Shown: positions 41,641-51,879 of the stretch, piece by piece
Layout: every line of letters starts with the position of its first letter
Numbering within the stretch: position 1 is the stretch's first letter
DNA from: Prochlorococcus sp. AG-402-N17
Lineage (GTDB): Bacteria; Cyanobacteriota; Cyanobacteriia; PCC-6307; Cyanobiaceae
DNA length: 64,000 bases
Direction of reading: 5' to 3'
Assembly: GCA_003216455.1 (NCBI GenBank)
Contig: QCIV01000003.1
Span: 18,667 to 82,666 of the forward strand
Made by a program: the position numbers and the translations under genes
The notes under the pieces: generated by a model
What the model saw: the letters and a program-made list of their open reading frames with translations, nothing else
The model's database searches: none
What the model was told of the DNA's origin: nothing

Positions 41641-43065
41641 CTATATTCTACCGTAATTATCTTCAAATCTAATAATATCATCCTCGCCTAAATAACTTCC
41701 GCTTTGAACCTCTATTAATACTAATATTTCCTTTCCTTTATTGGAAAGTCTATGCTTAGATTCTAATGGGATATAAGTACTTTGATTTTTACTAAGAGAG
41801 CTGACTTTGCCATCAATTTCAACCTCCGCAGTTCCACTTACAACTATCCAATGTTCTGTCCTATGTTTATGCAGCTGAAGTGATAGAGAACATTTTGGAT
41901 TAACTGTTATTTTTTTTACTTGCCAATGACTGCCCTCAGCTAAAGATATGTAACTTCCCCATGGTCTAAATACAGTTTTATGAATAGTTCCCTCAGGCTG
42001 ACCATTAGAATGCAATTGGGCAACTATTTGTTTAATACTTTGTGATTTATTCAGATCTGCTACTAATAAAGCATCCATAGTTTCTACGACTACTAAATCT
42101 TCTAAACCAACACCGACAATTAATCTACCTTCACTTCTTAAATAAGAATTCTTCACATTATCAACAATAATATTTCCAGATATTAAATTTCCGTGTTTAT
42201 CTTTATCAGAAACAGACCATAAAGATTGCCAACTCCCAATATCACTCCATCCAACATCTAAAGGGGAAACAAAACCTAGATCTGTTTTCTCCATAACTGC
42301 TACATCTATTGCAATACTTGGGCAATTCTCAAAAGTTTCTTTATCAACTCTAAAAAAATCTAGATCTATCAAACCTTTTTTAATGGATTCCTCGCAAGTT
42401 TTAATTAAATCTGGTTCATACTTTTTTAATTCTTTTAAAATTGTAGATGCTTTAAACAAGAAAATACCACTATTCCAAAGGTGGTGATTGTCTTCGATAA
42501 AAGTCTTTGCTTTATCAAAAGAAGGTTTTTCTATAAATTTTTTTATCTTTGTTGATGAAATTTGGTTAGAAATTTCACAATAAGTTTCTATATATCCATA
42601 ACCAGTTTCTGGTCCTGTAGGTTTTATTCCAAATGTAACCAAATTACCATTATTAGAAAAAGCTAAACTATTTTCAATAGCACTTTTAAAACTTACTTCA
42701 TCTGCAATTTTGTGGTCAGAAGAAAGTATAAGCAAACTAGGATCATCGTTTTTTTCTAAAGACTTTATTGCTGCCAATGCTATTGCAGGAGCAGTATTTC
42801 TCCCAACAGGCTCTAAAATTATTGAATTAGGTCTTACATTAATTTCTCTCATTTGTTCTGCAACAATAAATCTCTGATCTTCGTTACATATTATTATTGG
42901 AGCTTCAAGATTATTAATTTCATTTAATCTCAAATATGTATTTTGAAGAAGTGAAAAATCATTATTATCATCTAAATTTAAATATTGCTTAGGGTAACTA
43001 GCTCTTGAAAGAGGCCATAACCTCGAACCACTTCCGCCTGATAGTATTACTGGTATTAAATCCAA
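41641..43065 (-). CDS. manC: Mannose-1-phosphate guanylyltransferase / mannose-6-phosphate isomerase
   Basis: GGSGSRLWPLSR..PKQ, EPVGRNTAPA, PETGYGYI, GWSDIGSW, RPWG, SLQLH.HR.EHW. Confidence 0.96.
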   Translation of the reverse strand: MDLIPVILSGGSGSRLWPLSRASYPKQYLNLDDNNDFSLLQNTYLRLNEINNLEAPIIICNEDQRFIVAEQMREINVRPNSIILEPVGRNTAPAIALAAIKSLEKNDDPSLLILSSDHKIADEVSFKSAIENSLAFSNNGNLVTFGIKPTGPETGYGYIETYCEISNQISSTKIKKFIEKPSFDKAKTFIEDNHHLWNSGIFLFKASTILKELKKYEPDLIKTCEESIKKGLIDLDFFRVDKETFENCPSIAIDVAVMEKTDLGFVSPLDVGWSDIGSWQSLWSVSDKDKHGNLISGNIIVDNVKNSYLRSEGRLIVGVGLEDLVVVETMDALLVADLNKSQSIKQIVAQLHSNGQPEGTIHKTVFRPWGSYISLAEGSHWQVKKITVNPKCSLSLQLHKHRTEHWIVVSGTAEVEIDGKVSSLSKNQSTYIPLESKHRLSNKGKEILVLIEVQSGSYLGEDDIIRFEDNYGRI

Positions 43066-43163
43066 GTTGAGAAGAAATTAATTTTAGATATTAGTAAAAA
43101 TACCTAATTTTTTATCTTTTTATTATAATCTTTCTGATAAAAATTTTTCAACTAATGTTAAAA

Positions 43164-44423
43164 CTAAAATTTATAAATATTTTTTATTAAATTATCCACT
43201 CTTGATTTCCAACTAAATTCTTTATCAATATAATTTAAACCATTCATGGCTAATTCCTCATACAAATAAGGTGAATTCATTAGATTATCTAAACATTTAT
43301 AGTAATCTTGACTATTATCTGCAATTAGGCAATTAACTCCATCTTGAAGTGATAATGCATCTGCGGCTTGACTAGAAATTATAATAGGTGTGCCTCTGGA
43401 TAAAGATTCTACTGCTTTATATTGTTGACCACTGCCAGTAAAAATAGGTACAAGACTTATAAAAGAATTATCTATGATTTGATTCATATTTTTTGGATTA
43501 GGTACTAAATATACTTCTTCGTAAATTTCAATATTTTTTATTAAATTACGGCTAGGATTCCTACCTGCAATAATCAATTTAAACTTAACTTTATTAACTT
43601 TTAAAATAGGTAAAAGATTATTCAATAAAAAGTCTATAGCTACTTTATTTGGTTCATATGACAACGTCCCAAAAAATAATAAATTGCCTAAATTTTTCTT
43701 ATAATTTACATTAATTTCTTTCGTATTTATTTTTATTGGTTGAACACCAATACCAGATTCAAATATTGGAATATAGTTATTATTATTTAAATTTCTTTTG
43801 AAAGAAAAATAATTTATATCATTTCTGGAAACAAGTATGATTGATTGCAGGTAATTATATTTAATTAGATTTGATTCGAAATTTTTTGTTCTTAAAAATT
43901 CATTTAGAAAAAAAAGTTTTTTAAATGACTTAACAAACTTTAATTTATTTTTTAAATTAAGCGTCATCGAATCCACAAAATCGATTGTGAAACTTTTAGA
44001 AGATCTAGAAATTATATTCCATAATTTATATGTCCTTATTGAATAACAATGAATGAAAATTTCTTTATTACTCTTCTCGATAATATTTAAAATATTTATA
44101 AATTTTCTCTCTAAAAAATAAGAAGATAAAAAATGTGTTTGTATTGGAAAAAAACTTAGAATTTGATTAAGTACTAATTTACAAAAAATCAGGGAAAAAT
44201 CTAAGGGGTTTATTTTTATAGAATAAACTTCATCAAAAGCGTTTGATATTTTCTCTAAATCTTCTTCATTTCTTCTCATTCTAAAAAAATAAAATTCAAC
44301 AAGAATTGTTTTATATCCTCTTTGCCTTAATTCTAAAGATCTAAAATAACACAATCTAGATTGCCCAGCATATGGAGGCCATATAGGCCTAGGTAATATT
44401 GAAATAATTGTTTTATTTATCAT
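43164..44423 (-). CDS. GT4-like glycosyltransferase
   Basis: LLFFGTLSYEPN, GSGQQYKAVESLSRGTPII. Confidence 0.8.
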   Translation of the reverse strand: MINKTIISILPRPIWPPYAGQSRLCYFRSLELRQRGYKTILVEFYFFRMRRNEEDLEKISNAFDEVYSIKINPLDFSLIFCKLVLNQILSFFPIQTHFLSSYFLERKFINILNIIEKSNKEIFIHCYSIRTYKLWNIISRSSKSFTIDFVDSMTLNLKNKLKFVKSFKKLFFLNEFLRTKNFESNLIKYNYLQSIILVSRNDINYFSFKRNLNNNNYIPIFESGIGVQPIKINTKEINVNYKKNLGNLLFFGTLSYEPNKVAIDFLLNNLLPILKVNKVKFKLIIAGRNPSRNLIKNIEIYEEVYLVPNPKNMNQIIDNSFISLVPIFTGSGQQYKAVESLSRGTPIIISSQAADALSLQDGVNCLIADNSQDYYKCLDNLMNSPYLYEELAMNGLNYIDKEFSWKSRVDNLIKNIYKF

Positions 44424-44432
44424 TAATATGAT

Positions 44433-45599
44433 TCAAACAATAGGAATTTTTTTAATCGCATTTAAATGTTCCTCAAAAATACTTTTATAGTTCATGATAT
44501 ATTTTTCTAAGCTTTTTTTTGGATTAATGGTCTCTAAATTATCAAATTGGTTCTGAAGAGATTTATAAAAAGAATTTACAATATTATTTTTACTATTCAC
44601 AATAACAATATTTTGATTGTAGACAGAGTACTTTTTCTTTATTTCTTTATAGACTTGAATATCTGAGCAGATACAGGAACATCCAAATAGTATTGCATCA
44701 AGAAAAGGAATACCAAAGCCTTCTTCAGAAGATGTACTTATATATATATGAGAATTAATATAAGTTTCTATTAGAACTTTATCTTCAACATTAGTTTTAA
44801 AATTTCTGATTTTTAAGTTTTTTGAATATTTACTATTTTCTAAATTTAGATCGACTCCAAATATAGAAATATTAATTACTTTATCTGGATTTTTCGAAGC
44901 TAATTTATCAAAAATTGGAACCAAAATTTCTTTTCTCTTTGAGGGCGAGTTCCCAGAAATACTTATTATATTTACTTGATTTAATTTTATATTCTTTTTT
45001 TGTTCGTTTATTTTGTTTTTAGAATCAACAAAATCCTTTATAACTAATTCACTAAAGCTTGGTAAAGGATGTAAAACAATAATTTTACCTTTATTAATTA
45101 AATTATTTTTATAGATCCAATTCAATAATTTATTTTTTGTATCTTTACTATTCACAATAAAATAATCAGATTTAACTAATGATTTATTAAATATTAGAGT
45201 ATGAATAACTCTCTTTAGAAAATCTATTAATCCATTTGATTTTAGGATTAAAAAATTAGAGAAAAAATCATGAAATGATATACATTGAATTACATCATGG
45301 ACAACAACACCCACAGAGGTTAACTTATTTTTTTTTCTAAGCAATAAAACAATCGGTAGCCTAGGATATGAAAATATTAAGTTTTTATCTTTTTTACTAA
45401 AACTTATAAAAAGTTCCCAAAAAATCTGAAATATAAACCTAAGATTCTTAAAAAAAATTTTATTGTAAGAATTGAAAGTTCTAGATTTACATTCATATTT
45501 TATTTTTAGGATATCTATAAGAGTATTTGAATATCTATGTATTCCTCTATTATTTGGCGTACTTAAAATAATATTAACTTTAGGTTCACTATTGATCAT
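44433..45599 (-). CDS. GT4-like glycosyltransferase
   Basis: RGIHRY, VHD, EEGFGIPFLDA..G..CICSDI. Confidence 0.78.
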   Translation of the reverse strand: MINSEPKVNIILSTPNNRGIHRYSNTLIDILKIKYECKSRTFNSYNKIFFKNLRFIFQIFWELFISFSKKDKNLIFSYPRLPIVLLLRKKNKLTSVGVVVHDVIQCISFHDFFSNFLILKSNGLIDFLKRVIHTLIFNKSLVKSDYFIVNSKDTKNKLLNWIYKNNLINKGKIIVLHPLPSFSELVIKDFVDSKNKINEQKKNIKLNQVNIISISGNSPSKRKEILVPIFDKLASKNPDKVINISIFGVDLNLENSKYSKNLKIRNFKTNVEDKVLIETYINSHIYISTSSEEGFGIPFLDAILFGCSCICSDIQVYKEIKKKYSVYNQNIVIVNSKNNIVNSFYKSLQNQFDNLETINPKKSLEKYIMNYKSIFEEHLNAIKKIPIV

Positions 45600-45672
45600 A
45601 TTTTATGTATTTTTGATCTGAATATATTTTTAACTTTAACCTAAGAATGGAAACTATTTAGTATTTAGTTAA

Positions 45673-46626
45673 CTAATATAATTTATTTTCAATCATTGAC
45701 TTTACGATATAATCTAAATCTTTTTCTGCTTTCCAACCAAGATTTTTTAATATCTTTTTGGGATTCATAGCAGAATAAGAAATATCAGCTGGTCTTATAA
45801 AAGAATTATCAATTTTAATAAATTCCTCTGGATTTAAGTCAAAATATTCAAAAGCTAAATTAACAAATTTTTTTAGAGAATTCGATGATCCAGAAGAAAT
45901 AATATAATCATCTGCGGCAGAGGATTCAAGCATTAAATACATTGCCTTAACATATTCTGGAGCCCACCCCCAATCCCTATGAATATTAACATTACCCAAA
46001 GAGAGCGAATCTCTTAAACCTGACTTTATTTCAGAAACTTGCTTTACTATTTTCTTGGTAACAAATCTATTAGGTCTAAGAGGTGATTCATGATTTGATA
46101 GGATTCCAGTACAACAAAAAATTCCATAAGCGGTTCTATAATTTGCTACTAACCAATATGCAGTTGATTTTGCAACTGCATATGGACTACAAGGCTTGAA
46201 AGGATATTCTTCTGTTGCAGATTTATTATTTGTATCACCGAAACACTCGGTACTACCGGCATTAAAAAATTTTATATCTGCTTTTAAGAATCTCAAAGCC
46301 TCTAAAAAATTTATTGTTGAGCCTGCTATTGAATCCATACACTCCACTGGCTGATCAAAAGAAAGTCCTACACTTGTTTGTCCTGACAGATTAAATATTT
46401 TAGCTGGAGAAAAACTTGAAATTACTTTTAAAACATTTCTAAAATCATTAGGTGCTAAAGAGATTATTTCTATATCATCCAAAACATTTAATTTTTGTAA
46501 TCTTGATGTATCACAAACCGATGCATCCCTGCTTGTACCAATTACCTTAAAACCTTTCTCTAAAAGTAACTTAGATAAATATGCACCATCTTGTCCAGTA
46601 GCTCCAACAATTAATACTGTTTCCAA
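45673..46626 (-). CDS. gmd: GDP-mannose 4,6-dehydratase family protein (short paralogue)
   Basis: GATGQDGAYL, QTSVGLSF, AGSTECFG, SPYAVAK, NHESPLR, FVTKKI, RDWGWA. Confidence 0.8.
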   Translation of the reverse strand: METVLIVGATGQDGAYLSKLLLEKGFKVIGTSRDASVCDTSRLQKLNVLDDIEIISLAPNDFRNVLKVISSFSPAKIFNLSGQTSVGLSFDQPVECMDSIAGSTINFLEALRFLKADIKFFNAGSTECFGDTNNKSATEEYPFKPCSPYAVAKSTAYWLVANYRTAYGIFCCTGILSNHESPLRPNRFVTKKIVKQVSEIKSGLRDSLSLGNVNIHRDWGWAPEYVKAMYLMLESSAADDYIISSGSSNSLKKFVNLAFEYFDLNPEEFIKIDNSFIRPADISYSAMNPKKILKNLGWKAEKDLDYIVKSMIENKLY

Positions 46627-46731
46627 AACTTCTCGAAATGATTTAATTATAAGATAGTAATTCTCAAGCTAAATTAGTTATTAAAATTAAAAACATTTTT
46701 TTAAAAATATTTTGATCAGCTTTTAGAAAAA

Positions 46732-47919
46732 TTAATCAAATAAATTATAAGTTGCATATACACCAACAAAAGGAGCCGTAATTTCAGAAATAATAGTACT
46801 TGCAACATTAAATTTACTTTTGCCAACAGTAATAATATCTCTTTCTCTTAAATAAGGATTCTTTTCCGAACCTTTTTTATGCCTTCTACTAAATCTTATT
46901 TTCCTTTCATTTAATGAACCATCTGGGTTAATTCTAATTAAAGAAACAGGTCCGCTAAGAATTTTTTTACCTCCAGCAAAAACTATTGCTTCATTTAAAG
47001 TAGATGATCGACTTACTTGAATTAAACCTGGTGATTCAACCATTCCACTCACAAAAACATTTATAAATTTTGGGTTTAGATTCGATTTAATAGCTTTTGA
47101 TAATTGTTCTAAAGATTCGCTTTCACTTTTTCTAATCGATATAACATCACCATCATAAATTCTTATATTTTGAGAGTTATCTCCATCATTTATTAAAGAT
47201 AGGAAATTAAGATTGGTTTCTATTTTACCTCCTCCATTCATAGGACTATTTTTTCTAACAATTCTTATATTTGATAGATCTGAGAAAGGTGTTATGCCTC
47301 CTGCTAATCTAATTACTTCGAAGACAGTTGGGAAATATTCTACATTTCTAGAATTAAAGAAAAGATCATTATTAATGTTTAAATCTTGATTATTTTGAAT
47401 GCGCGTAGATTCAACTCTTTTTGCAAAAGGTTCATCCGCATTTTGTTTAATTATTTGTTTTGCTTTTTGATTATTGGGATATATTGATCCAGGCAAAGTG
47501 TATAAACCTGAGTTTTGTATCTCACCTTCTATATAAACTCTTATAGGTCTATATTCTGACAAAATAGTATAAACATTAGGTCTTTTTACAAATTTTTTAT
47601 ATTTTTGATTTAATGCAGAATCTAAATCTGCGACAGTTAAACCTTGTACATAAACTTTATTTATTTTAGGAAGAAAAACAGTTCCATCTCCTTGAACTCT
47701 ATAACTCCCAACTAACTCTGGCAGTGCATCAGCAATACTAATTGTTAATAAATCTCCTGGTCCCAATAAATAATCATCTCTAGGAATTCTTTCTAAATAA
47801 TTTGTATTTAAAATTTCTTGTTCTTCATTTAGATTTGACTTTAAAGGCTCAATTGCAGAGAATCCTGACAGGAAAAATAAAGTAAATATAAGTAATCTGA
47901 TTTTGTTTTTAATTTGCAT
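46732..47919 (-). CDS. Polysaccharide export protein (Wza/KpsD-like, Poly_export + SLBB domains)
   Basis: YLLGPGD, DGTVFLP, VYIEGE, AGG SLBB repeats, NPYL..D. Confidence 0.88.
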   Translation of the reverse strand: MQIKNKIRLLIFTLFFLSGFSAIEPLKSNLNEEQEILNTNYLERIPRDDYLLGPGDLLTISIADALPELVGSYRVQGDGTVFLPKINKVYVQGLTVADLDSALNQKYKKFVKRPNVYTILSEYRPIRVYIEGEIQNSGLYTLPGSIYPNNQKAKQIIKQNADEPFAKRVESTRIQNNQDLNINNDLFFNSRNVEYFPTVFEVIRLAGGITPFSDLSNIRIVRKNSPMNGGGKIETNLNFLSLINDGDNSQNIRIYDGDVISIRKSESESLEQLSKAIKSNLNPKFINVFVSGMVESPGLIQVSRSSTLNEAIVFAGGKKILSGPVSLIRINPDGSLNERKIRFSRRHKKGSEKNPYLRERDIITVGKSKFNVASTIISEITAPFVGVYATYNLFD

Positions 47920-47923
47920 AATT

Positions 47924-49750
47924 TTATTTCAGGAAGATATTTAATAAATCTTGATACTTTCGGCGGAATTGGTTTAATAATTCCTCTCTTTTAAGATAAT
48001 TTTCTGAGAAAGATAATAACTCTAAATCAATAATTAGTGCACCAAGAAAACTTATCCCTTGAAAATTAATATTTTGTCTTAAATTTTTTAATTCTGTTCT
48101 TGTAATAGATCCAGGAGATAATACAATCATTTTACTATTTAATTTTTGTATTTCTAGAAGATCCTTAGCAATAACGATTTTAAATTGATTTTCTAAATTT
48201 AAATTGTTAACTATTTTATTAATATCCTCTTTAGGAATATCCCCTACTATGAATAACCCTAAATTGGTTATTTTTTCTTTTTGAGATAATTTTAAAGATA
48301 AAATTTTTATCGTCTCTTTAAATTTTTCTTGTTTTTGAGTTTGTATATTTAGCTTAAATCCTATATTAATATCTTTAGTAAGCTCCTTGTATGAATAAAC
48401 GTAATCTTTTATTCTATCTCTTAGATAAATAGTTAGGGTCGAAAGAACCAATCCTATCAATAATCCATTTAATAAAATTAATCGCTTTGCAATTCCAATT
48501 GGTTTATCAAAAAGTGTGGGTTCAGTAATTAATTCCCAAGGTTTTGAAGATTTTGCCTGTTCTAGAGAAAGTATCTGTTTTTGCTGTTCTAAGTTTTGTA
48601 GAGTAAAATCATCTCTAATACTTTTTCTAGCTAATTCTTTATATTTTGTGTATTCAGAATCTGATTTTAAATTTGATTGCAAATCTATCTCACTCCTACT
48701 TTTAATTGATATTAATTCAGCTATTATGGTTTTTACAAATTCAGATTTCAAGAAATCCAATTGTAATTTTAAGTCTATTATAGATGGATCATTTTCTGTT
48801 AAATGAGATTTGGCATTTAAAAGTTTTTCAGAAACAGTAGAGATAGCTACTAAATCGTTTCTTTTTATTAATATTTCAGTATTTTCAGACATAATTTCAG
48901 CAATACTTTTAGCTAATTCAAAAGGATAATTTTTTTGATTTTCTAAGCTTGAAATATAAAGTTCTAGTGTCTTAATTTTTTTCCTAAGTAAGGAATCTTG
49001 CTGCACGCCACTTTGTGCATCAATAAAACTTGACATATCTTTTTCAGAAAAATTTTCACTAATAAAAAATGTATTCATATTATTTTCAGTCGCAAATTCC
49101 TGGAATTCACTAAAAGAATTTTGACTTTTTTGTTTATAAATTTCAATTTGATTTTCAATATATTTAATACCGCTCTCTAATCCTGTAATTCTATCTTTCT
49201 CAGAATACTGTTGATAAGCAGTAGAGATTTTATTAAGTCCATTTAATATTAAATCTTTATTATTATCAAAATATTCAATTTTGAGAACAGTTGTCCCATC
49301 TATCAGTTCTATACCTAAAGATTTTTTTAGCCACTTGTCGAATCTAAATTTTGATATATCTTTTTTTGCATTTAATTTTTCAGCTTTAGCGTATTCAAAT
49401 ATTGGCATCAAAACTGAAGGACTTTTTAAAATTTCTACTTGAGTGTTAATATCCTGCGCGTTTTGTGATCTTACGAGTTTACTAATTCTTGAGCCTAAAG
49501 CATTATTTAGTAATTCACTAGAAAAAGAATTGTCATTATTATTATCATTTTTTAGTACAATTTGGAAACTACCTTTGTAAATTTTCTCTTTTGTTAAAGA
49601 GTAAAATAATGATATTGCCATTGATAGAAAAGTTATACTTGCAATAAGCTTCTTGTTTAGAAACAAATTTCTTATTAATATTCTTAAATCAAAATTATCA
49701 GAATCTAACGTTGTATATTCTATTTGATTATTACTCGACGATTCATTCAT
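47924..49750 (-). CDS. Polysaccharide co-polymerase / chain-length determinant (Wzz/GumC-like)
   Basis: FDL..L, TM, TQVEILKSPSVL, coiled coil, PWELITEP, second TM; no Walker A seen. Confidence 0.82.
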   Translation of the reverse strand: MNESSSNNQIEYTTLDSDNFDLRILIRNLFLNKKLIASITFLSMAISLFYSLTKEKIYKGSFQIVLKNDNNNDNSFSSELLNNALGSRISKLVRSQNAQDINTQVEILKSPSVLMPIFEYAKAEKLNAKKDISKFRFDKWLKKSLGIELIDGTTVLKIEYFDNNKDLILNGLNKISTAYQQYSEKDRITGLESGIKYIENQIEIYKQKSQNSFSEFQEFATENNMNTFFISENFSEKDMSSFIDAQSGVQQDSLLRKKIKTLELYISSLENQKNYPFELAKSIAEIMSENTEILIKRNDLVAISTVSEKLLNAKSHLTENDPSIIDLKLQLDFLKSEFVKTIIAELISIKSRSEIDLQSNLKSDSEYTKYKELARKSIRDDFTLQNLEQQKQILSLEQAKSSKPWELITEPTLFDKPIGIAKRLILLNGLLIGLVLSTLTIYLRDRIKDYVYSYKELTKDINIGFKLNIQTQKQEKFKETIKILSLKLSQKEKITNLGLFIVGDIPKEDINKIVNNLNLENQFKIVIAKDLLEIQKLNSKMIVLSPGSITRTELKNLRQNINFQGISFLGALIIDLELLSFSENYLKREELLNQFRRKYQDLLNIFLK

Positions 49751-50576
49751 AAAATGAAAATAGGTTACTCTTTATTTTATCAAAATAAGTTCTTAATTTT
49801 GAAAAGTTTGTAAAATAAAGATACTTAAATAGCAATTTTCTTAATACTATAAAATTAAGATTAATATTAGCTAAATAGAACCTAAACAATTTATTTTTTA
49901 TATTTTTTCTTATTGCCAATTTCATTTCTTTTGCTGATAAAAAAACATTTGATGAGGTACCCCCTAAAGTGTAAATAGTAGTATATATAGGGAAGCTCTC
50001 AAACCTTAAACCTTTCAATTTGCATCTCAAAAAAAATTCATAATCCATCGATGATAGAAACTCTTCTGAATAATTAAATTGCTCGTAAACTTTTCTAGCA
50101 ATAAATGTTGATTGATGCGGTATGGATAATTCGTAAGGAAGCCTAAATTTTTTAAAGTGATTTGATTTTCCAACATATGCATTTATATTTTTATAAATTG
50201 AGCCAAATACCAAAATATCATTAAATTTTTGGTTTTGTAATATATCCCTTGTTTTTTTAAAAATATTTAAATCTTGTTTTAAATAGTCTCCAGAATGAAG
50301 CATTAATATCCAGTGATTTTTAGTAATTGAAATACCTCTATTCATACTTTTTGCTATCCCTTCAGAACAAAAATCATATTTAATTTCTAATCCTTTAAAA
50401 ATAGATTTATTTCTCTCTACATATTCTTTAAATAAAGAAATTTCCTCTTTAGTAATAAGTACAAATATCCACTCATTTGATATGTATTTGATAAATTTGT
50501 ACGATTTCTCAATAGTTACAAATAATTCACTAGAAAAGTAAGAACCCAAAGTAACAACCGAAGCAAGATGATTCAT
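49743..50576 (-). CDS. GT2 glycosyltransferase (WcaE-like)
   Basis: GIAKSMNRGI, MLHSGD, PHQSTF, MDYEFFLR, GGTS. Confidence 0.82.
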   Translation of the reverse strand: MNHLASVVTLGSYFSSELFVTIEKSYKFIKYISNEWIFVLITKEEISLFKEYVERNKSIFKGLEIKYDFCSEGIAKSMNRGISITKNHWILMLHSGDYLKQDLNIFKKTRDILQNQKFNDILVFGSIYKNINAYVGKSNHFKKFRLPYELSIPHQSTFIARKVYEQFNYSEEFLSSMDYEFFLRCKLKGLRFESFPIYTTIYTLGGTSSNVFLSAKEMKLAIRKNIKNKLFRFYLANINLNFIVLRKLLFKYLYFTNFSKLRTYFDKIKSNLFSFYE

Positions 50577-50585
50577 ATTTATTCT

Positions 50586-51878
50586 TTATTTAGAACTTGA
50601 AACTATAAAATCTTCTCTTATTATAAAATTTATTAGTATACCAAAAAAGATAACTAGAGTTAAATAACAATAAAAATAACCTGTAAAAAATCCTAATGAT
50701 TCTTGAAAACAAAAAACTGGTCCCTTTAGTATTATTGGTATTAAGCAAATAAACTTTGTATCTATAACTTTCAAAGATAGGTACTTCCTCCTTATGTATG
50801 CTCCAAAAACAACAATTGACGACATAATGAATAAACCAACTATCCTCCCATGAAGAATAGTTGTTTCAAGAAATAAATTTGAATTTGGTGATGAAAAACC
50901 ATAACTTCCTTTGCTCCCCGTTCTTAGGAAATCAATATATTTCGGAATAGTATCGTAATTATATTCAATTTTAAATAAATTCTTAAATATTGGTTTAAGC
51001 CATAACTCAATTATGTTTGAAAATTCATTAGCAGGAATATTTGTTAAATCTAAACTGACATTATCACTTCTAATGACTCTAAATGCTAGATCATAACTTG
51101 CGTCAAATAACCTAAATTGTAAAATCTCAAAAGACTGAGCAAAATCTAAATCCAGTAGATTATTAAAAGCAATCAAAGTAGAAATTATAATTATCAAAAC
51201 GGCTGTAGAAAGAGAGATAAGTTGTTTAAAAAATCTCTTACTAACTAATAGCATATTAGTATTAATGATTGGTTTAAAATAAACTCCTTTACTCGAAAGA
51301 ACTTTCAACCAAAATAACCAATCAAGAGCAATAGATAAAAAATTAAGTACCAAAGCTTTACTAGGAGCTGTGAGACTAAATACTATATTGATAATTATCC
51401 AGAGTAAAAATATCCTACTAAAAAATTTATAATCATAGTTTTTCGTAATAATATAAGCAGGAATTGATAATTCTGATAATGAGCTAGCTGCAAATTTAAA
51501 CGCTGAATTATTAAGATCCCCCCTATAATCAAAAGAACCCATCATATATACACTCTTACTTAAGTCGTAATTAATCAATATATCTAATATTGTAAAAATC
51601 AAACCTAGTATTGATACTGCTATCAACACATAAATAGTACTTTTTTTAATAGACTTAGGTTGACAATATTTTGGGTTTGAGAAAAAAACGACTCCAAAAG
51701 TAAACAATAAACTAAAAAAAACTGTATAGTAATCACTATTTTTTGGTAGATCACTTAATAAGAGAAAAGTAATTCCTGCAGGTAACAAATATGTATATCT
51801 AATTAATGGATCTTCTAATCCTGAAACTCTCCTAAACAATAAACTTAAAGAAATAAGGATAATAAACAGCAGGAACAT
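50586..51878 (-). CDS. Multi-pass membrane protein, putative Wzy polymerase
   Basis: About 10-11 TM with a late periplasmic loop; SK motif after a TM; position between GTs. Confidence 0.55.
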   Translation of the reverse strand: MFLLFIILISLSLLFRRVSGLEDPLIRYTYLLPAGITFLLLSDLPKNSDYYTVFFSLLFTFGVVFFSNPKYCQPKSIKKSTIYVLIAVSILGLIFTILDILINYDLSKSVYMMGSFDYRGDLNNSAFKFAASSLSELSIPAYIITKNYDYKFFSRIFLLWIIINIVFSLTAPSKALVLNFLSIALDWLFWLKVLSSKGVYFKPIINTNMLLVSKRFFKQLISLSTAVLIIIISTLIAFNNLLDLDFAQSFEILQFRLFDASYDLAFRVIRSDNVSLDLTNIPANEFSNIIELWLKPIFKNLFKIEYNYDTIPKYIDFLRTGSKGSYGFSSPNSNLFLETTILHGRIVGLFIMSSIVVFGAYIRRKYLSLKVIDTKFICLIPIILKGPVFCFQESLGFFTGYFYCYLTLVIFFGILINFIIREDFIVSSSK

Positions 51879-51879
51879 A

